From Planctomycetota bacterium (GTDB lineage Bacteria > Planctomycetota > Planctomycetia > Pirellulales > Pirellulaceae), in contig JAYZPA010000115.1 in NCBI GenBank assembly GCA_036150515.1, positions 1,644 to 65,643 on the forward strand: a DNA stretch of 64,000 nt. Direction: 5' to 3'. Shown piece by piece: positions 9,586 through 19,185 of the stretch. The notes under the pieces are model-generated. The model was not told the DNA's origin. It was given only the letters and a program-made list of their open reading frames with translations, and did not search any database. Positions within the stretch are counted from its first letter, which is position 1. Each line of letters opens with the position of its first letter. A program made the position numbers and the translations under genes.

Positions 9586-10151
9586 AGTAAGGGGTACTCC
9601 TTCGATTGTTCGAAGTTCACTAAATGGATTTCGATATAACAGGGTTCTCATTCCGCTCCATGCGGATGATACGGTCGACTTTGATCCATCAAGTGAACCA
9701 GACGACCGAACCATTTTTCGGTATTCGTCTGGTGGCTTATTCCTGACTGCCCCAGTAAACATGTCTCGTAACATGCGTCTCGCCGCTAATCTGTTTATCG
9801 GAAAACAAAAATAGCTGCCTTGAGTGTAGATTGGTGTATCTACCAATGGTCACATTAAGAATTCCCGATAAAAGATAGGTAGTCTGAGTAAAACGGGAGA
9901 GATCTCAAAAAGGTTTGCTACCCGTGCGGGGTCATAGCGGTTATATGGGTCTTACCAACGGTTTGGCTCGTAAACCTGCAATTTTTGGCCAGTTTGATTC
10001 AATTCTTCCAGTGAAATTGGGCAGCTGTAAGCAATATTCACTGACGGCGGGTTCCCAACAGCAGGGGCGAGTTCAGATATACTGAAGCCCTGTTAGTGTT
10101 CTATTTTTATTGCGTGTTCGGCGATGATGTTTGTGCGATGGAATTGAGTAA

Positions 10152-10817
10152 ATGAGTGACAACCAATCCCAGCTCTTCAATGCCGATGGTGAATTTGCAG
10201 TCCCGCGTGCAGTCATCGGTCGCCTGAGTCTGTATTTGCGCGAGTCGCAACATCTGTTGCGTGATGGTCATGAAACGACCAATAGCACTGAATTGGGCAA
10301 GTTATTGGGTTTGACGGGTGCACAGGTAAGGAAGGATCTAGCGCATTTTGGCCAGTTTGGTCATCCTGGAATTGGTTACCGGTGTCAGGAGTTAGTTTTC
10401 GCGATCAAGAAGATTATGGGGACCGATTCCACCTGGAATGTTGCCTTGATGGGGATTGGAAATCTAGGCCGAGCCTTATTGCGTTACAAGGGGTTCAATC
10501 AGCAGGGTTTCCGCATTGTTGCAGCGTTCGATGTCGATCCAAATACGATCGGTACTCAGATTGAAGGCATTCATGTATACGAAATACAGCAATTGGGCGC
10601 TGTTGTTGATGAACATGGAATCCGTTTGGCGGCGATTGCGGCTCCGTCACAAGTGGCTCAAGTGGTTGCAGATCAGGTGGTCGAAGCGGGAGTTGATGGA
10701 ATTTTGAATTTTGCACCGGTCACGATTAACGTCCCCGAGCATGTTCGTGTAATTGGGGTGGATTTGGCGATGGAGCTGGAACAACTTGCGTTTACGGTTG
10801 TGAATCGTCCGGGTTAA
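10152..10817 (+). CDS. rex: Redox-sensing transcriptional repressor Rex
   Basis: It has an N-terminal winged helix (PRAVIGRLSLYLR, SSTELGKLLGLTGAQVRKDLAHFGQFG) followed by a Rossmann segment (VALMGIGNLGRALL). Confidence 0.9.
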   Translation: MSDNQSQLFNADGEFAVPRAVIGRLSLYLRESQHLLRDGHETTNSTELGKLLGLTGAQVRKDLAHFGQFGHPGIGYRCQELVFAIKKIMGTDSTWNVALMGIGNLGRALLRYKGFNQQGFRIVAAFDVDPNTIGTQIEGIHVYEIQQLGAVVDEHGIRLAAIAAPSQVAQVVADQVVEAGVDGILNFAPVTINVPEHVRVIGVDLAMELEQLAFTVVNRPG

Positions 10818-10874
10818 GATCCTATGGAGCGATGGGGCCGATGTGTCAGGAAAATCGTTTATTTCTGCTCTTTG

Positions 10875-10909
10875 GGGGCGATACTCTGCTGGTCGCCCAA
10901 CGCTTTTTT
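10875..10909 (+). terminator. Possible intrinsic terminator downstream of rex
   Basis: The stem GGGCGA/TCGCCC encloses an 11-nt loop. It is followed by AACGC and then TTTTTT. Confidence 0.4.
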
Positions 10910-10963
10910 CGTTATATATACGAGCAATCGGCAACTGGGGTATTACCTGGTTTTCGAATTGGA

Positions 10964-11034
10964 TACCCCGTAGTGTAATGGTAACACCTGGGTTTTTGGT
11001 TCCCATATTCGAGGTTCAAGTCCTCGCGGGGTAG
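10964..11034 (+). tRNA. tRNA-Gln (anticodon UUG)
   Basis: I folded the cloverleaf by hand. The acceptor is TACCCCG/CGGGGTA (U1-A72). The D arm is GTGT-AATGGTA-ACAC and the anticodon arm is TGGGT-TTTTGGT-TCCCA. The T arm is CGAGG-TTCAAGT-CCTCG, the discriminator is G, and no CCA is encoded. Confidence 0.85.
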
Positions 11035-11040
11035 TACTGA

Positions 11041-11075
11041 GCCGTCATAGTATGTATGTACTATGGCGGCTTTTT
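11041..11075 (+). terminator. Intrinsic terminator after tRNA-Gln
   Basis: The stem GCCGTCATAGTA / TACTATGGCGGC is 12 bp with one mismatch. It has a 6-nt loop and is followed by TTTTT. Confidence 0.75.
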
Positions 11076-11159
11076 CTGTGAATTTTCGTGCCAGTTTTCA
11101 TAGTATATATGGGCTAGTATCCAACGCATCCCTTTAAATTGAATGGAACATCCAGTGGC

Positions 11160-11657
11160 ATGTCCGAATTCATCCACCAGCGTCATAAACCCGTATCGTT
11201 GCTAGATCAGCCTCGGGAGTTGATTGTAGCTTGCCCGGAGATGCGCAGTCACATCAATGTCGCTCGGATGGTAAGGGCGGCTGCCTGCTGTGGTGTGAAG
11301 AGATTTATTGCCTGTGGCAATGTCAAAATTGATTCTAAGATTTCACGTGGCGGCGAACAGCAGATGACGTTTGAAGTCCGCAGATCGTTGCGACCGATTC
11401 TGGAGAAACTTAGAAAGGAAGGGTATCCGCTGGTTGGTTTGGAACAAACCACCAACTCGGAAGATATCCATCATTTTTCGTTTCCCAGAAAATGTGTATT
11501 GGTCGTAGGTCATGAACGACAGGGAATCAGTAAGGATGTTTTAGAGATACTGGATCATACGGTGGAGATTCCAGTGTGGGGGATGCCGTACTCCTATAAT
11601 GCCGCCACCGCCGCCTCGATGGCGCTCTATGAATATTGCCGGCAGTTTCCTGCATAA
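11160..11657 (+). CDS. SpoU/TrmH family RNA 2'-O-methyltransferase
   Basis: ORF 11139..11657 begins at TTG; the first ATG is at 11160. Motifs are NVARMVRAAACCG, VVGHERQGIS and EIPVWGMPYSYNAATAASMALYE. Confidence 0.8.
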   Translation: MSEFIHQRHKPVSLLDQPRELIVACPEMRSHINVARMVRAAACCGVKRFIACGNVKIDSKISRGGEQQMTFEVRRSLRPILEKLRKEGYPLVGLEQTTNSEDIHHFSFPRKCVLVVGHERQGISKDVLEILDHTVEIPVWGMPYSYNAATAASMALYEYCRQFPA

Positions 11658-11888
11658 CCATGACTTTGTTTTGGATTCTATTCTTTGCCGATGGCGTTCT
11701 CGATTAGGCATGCTTAGATCGTATCGCGTTTGCGAGAACGTGTTACCTTTTACGGCCGTAATAATAAATAATGGACGGAATCCTGCGAATACCGACATCA
11801 AACAGCTTGTTTCACAATGCTAAGATGGGACAGAATACAGCAGGTTCGGTAAGCGATTGCGAAACGAAGCGACCGTAGATATTGAGTC

Positions 11889-13913
11889 ATGAGCAATGGG
11901 TATCCAGCAGAGTCTCAAACTGGAAATGGCAAGTTTAGGAGTACGTTGAAATTGGTACGCATGACACGTAGACTGTTCCCTGTTCTGATGTTGCTGATCG
12001 TCATGATTTCGGTCATTTGGGCAATCAAGTTGGGTACATTATCCCGCGCTGATTTTGTGTTCAACAATGGGACCGAGATCAAGACGATGGACCCGGCTGC
12101 GGCGACGGGTGTGCCTGAAGGTCGCGTCATCAACGCCTTATTTGAGGGATTATTGCGTTCCTTGCCAGACGGACCTGCAGACGAGATGGGTCGCGTGCCG
12201 ATGAAGCCGGTTGCTCGGGGGATGGCCGATCATTTCCAGGTGAGTGAGGATGGCAGGGTGTACACATTTCACATTCGTGAATCGGCACGATGGACCAATG
12301 GTGATCCGGTTACGGCGGAGGATTTTGTATGGTCCTGGATGCGTTTCTTACATCCTGAGACGGCGTCGGAATACAACTATCAGTTATTCTATGTTGCCGG
12401 TGCGGAGAAATTTGGTGCAGTTCAGTTGGAGGTTGGAGATGCGGTCGAAGTTGAATTAGCGGACAGGCCAACGGCAGAATTGTTTCCACGGGGCACGATT
12501 CGCCGGGGAATTTTACGTGATTTGATTGTGCCTTCGGTTTCTAGTGAATCCTCTTCCTCAGAAAGTGAGACACTGCCGGAGGAAATTTCCGGCACGGCTA
12601 TATTTGTCGTTGAATTTCCAGCGGATTCCGCTGATGGAGCACCTCAGGTGGTTGCGTACAGTCCCTCAGCAGAGGATGCCGAGGCCGAAATTGCCGAATT
12701 AACCGCGGGTTATCAGGGTGCTTATTCCCTGCAGAGTATTCAACCGTGCGAGCACGTTCTCTTTGATTTTGACAAGGTGGGGATTCGCGCCAATTCTCCC
12801 CATGAATTGGAAGTGACGTTGAATAGTGCGACGGCATATTTTCCTGAACTCGTCGCCTTTTACCCGTTACATCCGGTGCATCGCGGTTGTGTTGAGCAGC
12901 ATGGTGCTCGGCAATTTACCAAGGCGGAGAATCTGATTAGCAACGGTCCGTTTTGTTTACAGGAGCGTCGCATTCGGGATCGCATCCGACTTGTCAAGAA
13001 CGAGCAGTATTGGAATGCGGACGAGGTGGAATTAGAGATCATCGATGTGATGGCAATTCAATCGGAAACGACCAGTCTGAACATGTATTTAACGGGTCAA
13101 TTGGATTGGGACACGACACCACCGAACACGATGATCCGCGATTTACGCGAGCGGGACGATTTCTATTCGACGCCTTTCTTAGCATCCTATTTTTATCGGG
13201 TGAACACCGCAAAGCCGCCACTGGACAATCCACTGGTCCGCCAGGCACTGAACATGGCGATTGACAAGACCTCGATCGTCGAAAACGTCACCAAAGGTGG
13301 ACAGACGGCAGCTCGTAGTTTTGTACCACCCGGGATGAATGGTTATCACAGTTCTGAGGGAGGGGAGTTTAACCCGGAGCGGGCACGTGAACTTCTGGCA
13401 GAAGCAGGTTTTCCTAACGGTCAAGGGCTGGCCAAGATAGAGATTCTTTACAATACCGCAGATAGTCATCGTGACATTGCTGAGGTGATCATGCAGGATT
13501 GGAAGCAACACCTTGGTATCAATGTCGTCCTTCGTAATCTGGAGTGGGGGTCGTTTCTGGATGCACTGCGGACAGGCGATTACATGGTTTCACGGTCGGG
13601 TTGGATTGGAGACTACCCCGATCCGAACACTTTCCTGGACATGTTTGTTACGGGAGGTCCGAACAATCAAACCAATTGGGGTAGTGCAGAATACGATCAG
13701 ATTATCGAGGCGAACAAGAGTGAGAAAGATCCGGGGAAGCGGATGGAATTATTTTCACAGGCGGAGCGCATACTTGTCCAGGAGCAGGCGATCATTCCAA
13801 TCTACTTCTATGTATCGAAGAACATGGTTCAGCCTTATGTGGAAGGGTTTCAAACGAACCTACAGGACGTTCATCCATTGCACATGATCAAGATGCGGCG
13901 CGAAAGGCGATAG
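11889..13913 (+). CDS. ABC transporter substrate-binding protein, family 5 (Opp/Dpp peptide-type), with a large internal insertion
   Basis: It has an N-terminal TM/signal anchor. SBP_bac_5-like segments are present (GTEIKTMDPA, WTNGDPVTAEDFVWSW, GWIGDYPDPNTFL). It is the first gene of a five-gene opp-like operon. An alternative start lies at 11961. Confidence 0.85.
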   Translation: MSNGYPAESQTGNGKFRSTLKLVRMTRRLFPVLMLLIVMISVIWAIKLGTLSRADFVFNNGTEIKTMDPAAATGVPEGRVINALFEGLLRSLPDGPADEMGRVPMKPVARGMADHFQVSEDGRVYTFHIRESARWTNGDPVTAEDFVWSWMRFLHPETASEYNYQLFYVAGAEKFGAVQLEVGDAVEVELADRPTAELFPRGTIRRGILRDLIVPSVSSESSSSESETLPEEISGTAIFVVEFPADSADGAPQVVAYSPSAEDAEAEIAELTAGYQGAYSLQSIQPCEHVLFDFDKVGIRANSPHELEVTLNSATAYFPELVAFYPLHPVHRGCVEQHGARQFTKAENLISNGPFCLQERRIRDRIRLVKNEQYWNADEVELEIIDVMAIQSETTSLNMYLTGQLDWDTTPPNTMIRDLRERDDFYSTPFLASYFYRVNTAKPPLDNPLVRQALNMAIDKTSIVENVTKGGQTAARSFVPPGMNGYHSSEGGEFNPERARELLAEAGFPNGQGLAKIEILYNTADSHRDIAEVIMQDWKQHLGINVVLRNLEWGSFLDALRTGDYMVSRSGWIGDYPDPNTFLDMFVTGGPNNQTNWGSAEYDQIIEANKSEKDPGKRMELFSQAERILVQEQAIIPIYFYVSKNMVQPYVEGFQTNLQDVHPLHMIKMRRERR

Positions 13914-13927
13914 ACAGGGTTAACACA

Positions 13928-14851
13928 ATGCAGCTTTTCCGATTCCTATTAAACCGTTTTGGCTGGATGCTGATCACCATTTGGGTGGTGTTCACCCTTT
14001 CTTTTTTCCTGATGCGATCCATTCCGGGAGGTCCCTTAAACGGTGAGCGAGTATTGTCGGAATCGGTTCGAGCCCGACTTGAAGCGCGTTACAATCTGGA
14101 CGATCCTTTGCTTGTCCAGTACTCCACACATTTATGGAATACGATTTGTTTTGATTTTGGCCCGAGTTACAAATTGCAGGATTTTACGGTCAATGAGGTT
14201 TTGGCTCAGGGATTTCCGGTATCAGCTGCCTTAGGCATATTGGGTATGAGTTTTGCCTTGCTGTTAGGTATGACGTCAGGTGTGGTGTCGGCTGTCCGTC
14301 GCACCAGCATTTATGATTTCTCATTCATGTTGCTTGCCACGTTAGGGATCGCGATCCCCAGTTTTGTATTAGCTTCGATGGCTGTCGTTGTGTTTGTCTT
14401 TTATTTTCAGATTTTTCCTGCTGCGGGATGGGGAGATTTGAAACAGATTGTGCTTCCGGCGCTTTGTCTGGGCGCTCCGTTTGCCGGTTACATTGCCCGA
14501 CTGACACGCACCGGCATGTTAGAGATACTGAGTAACGATTACATTCGTACAGCCTATGCAAAGGGATTAACAACCCGCACAGTAATCCTGCGTCATGCCC
14601 TGCGAGGATCGATGCTGCCTGTGGTTTCGTATCTGGGACCTGCATCGGCTGGCATATTAACCGGTAGCCTGGTGTTGGAAAAGATCTTTGCCATCCCCGG
14701 TATGGGAAGCCATTTTATTGAAGCGGCTTTGCAGCGAGATTTTACGTTAGGTATGGGAGCGCTTTTGACGTACACCGTACTGCTCTATGTCATGAACACT
14801 TTAGTAGATTTGTCCTATTCAATCATTGATCCCCGTGTGGTGTTGGAGTAG
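13928..14851 (+). CDS. Peptide ABC transporter permease (OppB/DppB-like)
   Basis: A 307-aa, 6-TM protein. The EAA-loop region is YIRTAYAKGLTTRTVILRHALRGSMLPVVS. Confidence 0.9.
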   Translation: MQLFRFLLNRFGWMLITIWVVFTLSFFLMRSIPGGPLNGERVLSESVRARLEARYNLDDPLLVQYSTHLWNTICFDFGPSYKLQDFTVNEVLAQGFPVSAALGILGMSFALLLGMTSGVVSAVRRTSIYDFSFMLLATLGIAIPSFVLASMAVVVFVFYFQIFPAAGWGDLKQIVLPALCLGAPFAGYIARLTRTGMLEILSNDYIRTAYAKGLTTRTVILRHALRGSMLPVVSYLGPASAGILTGSLVLEKIFAIPGMGSHFIEAALQRDFTLGMGALLTYTVLLYVMNTLVDLSYSIIDPRVVLE

Positions 14852-14912
14852 CCATGGCAGTACCTGTCAATCAGTTCGTTACCGCACTTTCCTGGGATCC
14901 GTTATTTACCTT

Positions 14913-16127
14913 ATGAATCAAGACCTACCCACCACGACTGATAAGCCAAGCAAAGCTGCGTCCGAGTTACAGCGACTGGCGGATGTATTGGCCGCTGGTA
15001 AGTTGGTTAAAGGGACTTCGCTATGGGCCGATGGCTGGAAACGGCTGAAGCGAAATCGTGTTTCCATGGTTTCCCTGTGGATTTTGATTGCGATCGGTAG
15101 TGTGGCAATTTTCACTCCGGCGTTACCATTACAATCCCCGATTTTGCAGGATGTGAAACATCGCGAGTTGTTACCGCCGCAATGGACGCCCTATTCCCTG
15201 AATCTGGTGCAACCTGACGAGAAAATCAAACTTAAACAGAGCCAATTGAATGCTCTGGACTCCGGAGATCCGAGTCGAAAAGCGTTGGTTGGTGAGTTGG
15301 AGAGCCTGAAATCCCGGCAACAAAAAAACTGCTGGAATGACCCGGGGTTCATCTCACGGGTTTTGATCAAACTGCGTATTTCTGTGTTTGGAGATTATTG
15401 TATTCCTTCTGTTTTTGGAACGGATAAACTGGGACGCGATATTCTCTCACGGGTTTGTTGGGGTTCCCGGGTATCCCTGGCATGCGGGCTTGTTGCCACG
15501 ATGGTCTCGTTAGTGATCGGAGTCAGTTATGGTGCGATTGCGGGATACTTTGGTGGCAGGATCGACAATCTGATGATGAGGATTATCGATGTAGGCTATT
15601 CGGTCCCTTTTATTTTCATCGTGATCTTTATCATGTCTTTCCTATCCGCCCCTCAGGTACGGGATCAGTTGTTGGAATGGGGGATTAGTCAAATTACATT
15701 ATTTTTTGTAATGATCGGTGCTATCTATTGGTTGACGATGGCACGCGTTGTCCGAGGTCAGGTCCTGTCGTTAAAAAATGAGCAGTTTGTAGAAGCGGCC
15801 AGAACGATTGGGACGAGTCGTTTTGGGATCATCTTCCGCCACTTGATTCCTAACGTGATGGGAATTGTCATTGTCTATCTGACGTTGACCATTCCGGCTG
15901 TCATACGCTTTGAGGCATTTTTGTCATTCTTAGGTATGGGCGTTCAGGCTCCGGATATTTCATGGGGTATGTTGGTCAACGAAGGTATTCAGGTGATTAC
16001 ACCTATTCGTATTTATTGGTGGATGATCGTCTTTTCAGGGTTTGCCCTGGCTCTGACGTTGTTTGCCCTGAACTTTTTAGGAGATGGAGTGAGGGATGCA
16101 TTAGATCCTAAACTCAAAAACCGTTAA
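14913..16127 (+). CDS. Peptide ABC transporter permease (OppC/DppC-like)
   Basis: ORF 14826..16127. The ATG at 14913 (MNQDLPTT) avoids overlap with the upstream gene. The EAA loop is FVEAARTIGTSRFGIIFRHLIPN. There is a long periplasmic insert after TM1. Confidence 0.85.
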   Translation: MNQDLPTTTDKPSKAASELQRLADVLAAGKLVKGTSLWADGWKRLKRNRVSMVSLWILIAIGSVAIFTPALPLQSPILQDVKHRELLPPQWTPYSLNLVQPDEKIKLKQSQLNALDSGDPSRKALVGELESLKSRQQKNCWNDPGFISRVLIKLRISVFGDYCIPSVFGTDKLGRDILSRVCWGSRVSLACGLVATMVSLVIGVSYGAIAGYFGGRIDNLMMRIIDVGYSVPFIFIVIFIMSFLSAPQVRDQLLEWGISQITLFFVMIGAIYWLTMARVVRGQVLSLKNEQFVEAARTIGTSRFGIIFRHLIPNVMGIVIVYLTLTIPAVIRFEAFLSFLGMGVQAPDISWGMLVNEGIQVITPIRIYWWMIVFSGFALALTLFALNFLGDGVRDALDPKLKNR

Positions 16128-16170
16128 TTCACTGGACCCACTGGTCGTAGTTCGGAGATCCTTCATTTCG

Positions 16171-17196
16171 ATGACGCAACCCATATTACAAGTGAAAAAT
16201 CTGGAGGTCGAATTTATTACCGACGATGGTATCGTCCGTGCGGTGAACGACATCAGTTTTGATTTATATCCCGGCGAAACCCTGGGTATTGTGGGTGAAT
16301 CGGGATCTGGAAAATCGGTCACGAATCTCACGATTATGGGATTAATCCCTCAACCTCCGGGGCACGTTGTTGCGGGAGAAGTCCTTTTTGAAGGGCAGGA
16401 TTTATTAGGTTTAACCAATCATCAGTTTCAGACGATTCGTGGCAAACGGATTGCCATGATCTTTCAGGATCCCATGACGGCGCTCAATCCCTTTCTGACA
16501 ATCCAGGAGCAACTGACGGAAGTGAGCATGCTGCATCTTGGGCATGGCCACTCGCAGGCAGTTGAGCATGCCATTCACCTGTTGGATCTGGTTGGTATTG
16601 CTGCGCCGGAAAAGCGAATTACGGAATACCCTCATCAATTCAGTGGAGGGATGCGGCAGCGGGTGATGATTGCCATGGCACTATCCTGTGAGCCTGATAT
16701 TCTCATTGCCGACGAACCGACCACGGCTCTGGATGTCACGATACAGGCACAGATACTGGATTTGCTTGCCGAATTGCAGCAGAAAAAGGGAATGTCGATC
16801 ATTTTCATCACGCATGATTTAGGCGTTGTCGCCAGTATTTGTGATCGCGTGATTGTGATGTATGGGGGGCGTATGGTGGAACAGGCTGACACCCGGACAT
16901 TGTTTCAATCGCCTCGGCATCCCTATACGATAGGCCTGCTTCACTCGGCTCCGCGCTGGGATCAGCCTCAACAAACGCGATTGATTGCGATTGAAGGTCA
17001 GCCGCCGGACATGTTGAATCTTCCTCCCGGGTGTGCCTTTGCGCCTCGGTGTGCCTGGCAAACGGAAACCTGTCAGTCAGCGGTGCCGGATCTGATCACG
17101 ATGGACAAGCAGCAAGAGCATCAGCACGCCTGCATCCATGATATTCCGGATATTGCAGATATCGAGTTTGTCGACAAGGAGCCGTCCCGTGCCTGA
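16171..17196 (+). CDS. Peptide ABC transporter ATP-binding protein (OppD-like)
   Basis: Walker A is GESGSGKS, the signature is FSGGMRQR and Walker B is ILIADEPTTALD. The oligopeptide C-terminal domain is present (HPYTIGLL, CAFAPRC). Confidence 0.92.
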   Translation: MTQPILQVKNLEVEFITDDGIVRAVNDISFDLYPGETLGIVGESGSGKSVTNLTIMGLIPQPPGHVVAGEVLFEGQDLLGLTNHQFQTIRGKRIAMIFQDPMTALNPFLTIQEQLTEVSMLHLGHGHSQAVEHAIHLLDLVGIAAPEKRITEYPHQFSGGMRQRVMIAMALSCEPDILIADEPTTALDVTIQAQILDLLAELQQKKGMSIIFITHDLGVVASICDRVIVMYGGRMVEQADTRTLFQSPRHPYTIGLLHSAPRWDQPQQTRLIAIEGQPPDMLNLPPGCAFAPRCAWQTETCQSAVPDLITMDKQQEHQHACIHDIPDIADIEFVDKEPSRA

Positions 17197-18205
17197 AACC
17201 ATTTTGAAAGTACAGGATCTCAAAGTCCACTTTCCCGGAAAAAGGAAATGGGGCCAGCCGCGCCGCTGGATCCGAGCGGTTGATGGTATTAGCTTGGATG
17301 TCCGCAAGGGGGAAACTTTAGGCTTGGTGGGTGAGTCGGGCTGTGGCAAATCGACCACCGCTCGTGCCATTCTTAAATTGATACGTCGAGCTAAAATGGA
17401 AGGAACCGTCGAACTCAACGGCACTCGGATTGATCATCTTTCGGATCGTGAGATGATACCGCACCGTCTGACGGCCCAGATGGTTTTTCAGGATCCGTTT
17501 GCATCACTTAACCCCCGAATGACGGTCGGAAACATCATTCGCGAGCCGATGGAGAATTACAATCTATTCAGTGGAAAGTCAAACCGCCGACTGGAAGTCA
17601 TCCGTTTAATGGAGCTGGTGGGGATTAACCCACAGTACATGAACCGATACCCACACGAATTTTCCGGTGGTCAACGTCAGCGTATCGGTATTGCCAGGGC
17701 GCTCGCGGTGCAGCCAAAGTTGATTGTTTGTGATGAAGCGGTTTCAGCATTGGATGTTTCGATTCAGGCTCAGGTCATTAATCTACTGATGGATCTTCAA
17801 CAAAAACTGGGGGTATCCTATTTGTTCATCGCTCATGATCTTGCGGTCGTACGGCATATTGCACACCGAGTGGGAGTCATGTATCTGGGAAAAATAGTGG
17901 AATTAGCTACCTCTCAGGATCTGTATGATCAACCTCAACATCCTTATACGTCGGCCTTACTTTCTGCCGCCCCGGTCCCTGACCCAACGGTGGATGTGCG
18001 ATCAAAACGAATTAGTTTATCAGGTGAAGTCCCCTCGCCCGATATCGAATACGCGGGATGCTCATTTGCTCAACGTTGTCCGCAGGTGATGGATCATTGT
18101 TCGGCTATCCGACCTCAGCTTATCGGCGAACAACACCGCGTGTCGTGTCTGTTATATGAGCAGGACGATACTGACAGTGGTCGTCAGGAAGCGGGGCTTC
18201 ATTGA
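17189..18205 (+). CDS. Peptide ABC transporter ATP-binding protein (OppF-like)
   Basis: ORF 17138..18205. The GTG at 17189 overlaps the oppD stop by 8 nt. Motifs are GESGCGKST, FSGGQRQR, LIVCDEAVSALD and HPYTSALL. Confidence 0.9.
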   Translation: MPETILKVQDLKVHFPGKRKWGQPRRWIRAVDGISLDVRKGETLGLVGESGCGKSTTARAILKLIRRAKMEGTVELNGTRIDHLSDREMIPHRLTAQMVFQDPFASLNPRMTVGNIIREPMENYNLFSGKSNRRLEVIRLMELVGINPQYMNRYPHEFSGGQRQRIGIARALAVQPKLIVCDEAVSALDVSIQAQVINLLMDLQQKLGVSYLFIAHDLAVVRHIAHRVGVMYLGKIVELATSQDLYDQPQHPYTSALLSAAPVPDPTVDVRSKRISLSGEVPSPDIEYAGCSFAQRCPQVMDHCSAIRPQLIGEQHRVSCLLYEQDDTDSGRQEAGLH

Positions 18206-18603
18206 TGTCGCATCGTTTTTCCGGTAAAAGTGTTTGGGTTATCGCTCTGTGGGTCGGCGTCTATTTATTCTTGATGGTCACCATCATCACGCAAATGACT
18301 GGTGCTCGGCAGCGACATGAAGATGCAGTACAAACGTCTGTGAAAGCCTCCTCAACTACAGTGTTGTCGGAACGGGAAACGGGTATGCTGAGTCCTGAAC
18401 GCATCCTGCAGGATCATTTCGTCCTGTATTTGACTGCTTTGATCTTGTTTACGACGTTGGTTTATGGAGTCATGATGTATTTGTTTTGTGGGGTCACACT
18501 AGCAACCACCTCCGGTCCGGTTACATTGGAGCAGGAGTTGCAGAATGATCAGGCCCGGGAGTCAGAAGACTTGGCGGGCGAAGTGGTAAGTCAACAGGGT
18601 TAA
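18205..18603 (+). CDS. Hypothetical small membrane protein (two predicted TM helices)
   Basis: The ATG at 18205 shares a base with the oppF stop (TGATG). The hydrophobic segments are VWVIALWVGVYLFLMVTIITQM and VLYLTALILFTTLVYGVMMYLFCGV. Confidence 0.5.
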   Translation: MSHRFSGKSVWVIALWVGVYLFLMVTIITQMTGARQRHEDAVQTSVKASSTTVLSERETGMLSPERILQDHFVLYLTALILFTTLVYGVMMYLFCGVTLATTSGPVTLEQELQNDQARESEDLAGEVVSQQG

Positions 18604-18606
18604 ACC

Positions 18607-19149
18607 ATGGAAAAAGACACGGATCACGACGTGGAACAGGCGGCGCAACAGGGTGATACCCAGACGTTTATCCAGCCTATTTCCGAGCGGGGTTCATCCA
18701 TTGATTCCACTTCGGCTTTAGCCCATCGTCCGGAATTCAGCATTCGTTGTTGGCCTCTGCAATCACAATGGAAACGCACCACGGCGATTCTGGTATCGTA
18801 TTTAGCCGGTGGTATCTTGGTACACCAGTTTTCAGCAGAAGTTTTGGTTTCGATTTTGATCACGCTGACGCTGATGCTGGTTTCATGGAGGTTATGGGTA
18901 CCTATTTGGTATCGGGTAGGTCCGTCAGGCATTATCCATTCGGTTTGGGGCTATCAGCGTCAACTGGGTTGGGCTCACATCCGTCGCATCCGTCAGGATG
19001 AACGGGGTGTGTTGGTATTTTATGATCGTGAGCCATCGCTGCACAGTATTTTGCAGTCATTCTATATTTTGGCCGATGGCGAGAATCTGGAATCCCTGCT
19101 GACGGCCATGGATTACTATCTGGCGGGTCGAGTCAAAAAGAATTCGTAG
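18607..19149 (+). CDS. Hypothetical membrane protein (two TM helices plus a C-terminal soluble domain)
   Basis: It starts 3 nt after the preceding stop. The TM pair AILVSYLAGGILVHQF / VLVSILITLTLMLVSW is followed by a ~90-aa domain, possibly bacterial PH-like (unverified). Confidence 0.5.
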   Translation: MEKDTDHDVEQAAQQGDTQTFIQPISERGSSIDSTSALAHRPEFSIRCWPLQSQWKRTTAILVSYLAGGILVHQFSAEVLVSILITLTLMLVSWRLWVPIWYRVGPSGIIHSVWGYQRQLGWAHIRRIRQDERGVLVFYDREPSLHSILQSFYILADGENLESLLTAMDYYLAGRVKKNS

Positions 19150-19185
19150 TTGCGTTGGCTGTCATGGCGAACAGGAAAATCTAAG

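Noticed and set aside
9586-9846. An 87-codon N-terminal extension of the YTV-repeat ORF, as given in the ORF track.
   Set aside because: A canonical signal peptide begins at the internal ATG at 9585, which has a GGAG upstream. The extension has no protein-like features. That leaves a long (566-nt) divergent intergenic region with rex, in which I found no convincing structure.
10937-10969. A hairpin in which the leader sequence GGGGTAT pairs with the first bases (ATACCCC) of tRNA-Gln, mimicking the 3' acceptor strand.
   Set aside because: It is only 7 bp with a 19-nt loop, which could be chance. It cannot be evaluated without comparative data.
11806-11818. TTGTTTCACAA, considered as a possible Rex operator. 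I also searched the rex upstream region (9850-10150) for TTGTGAA-N-TTCACAA boxes.
   Set aside because: The match is an 11-nt mini-palindrome rather than the 18-20 bp Rex box. I found no convincing Rex site anywhere in the window.
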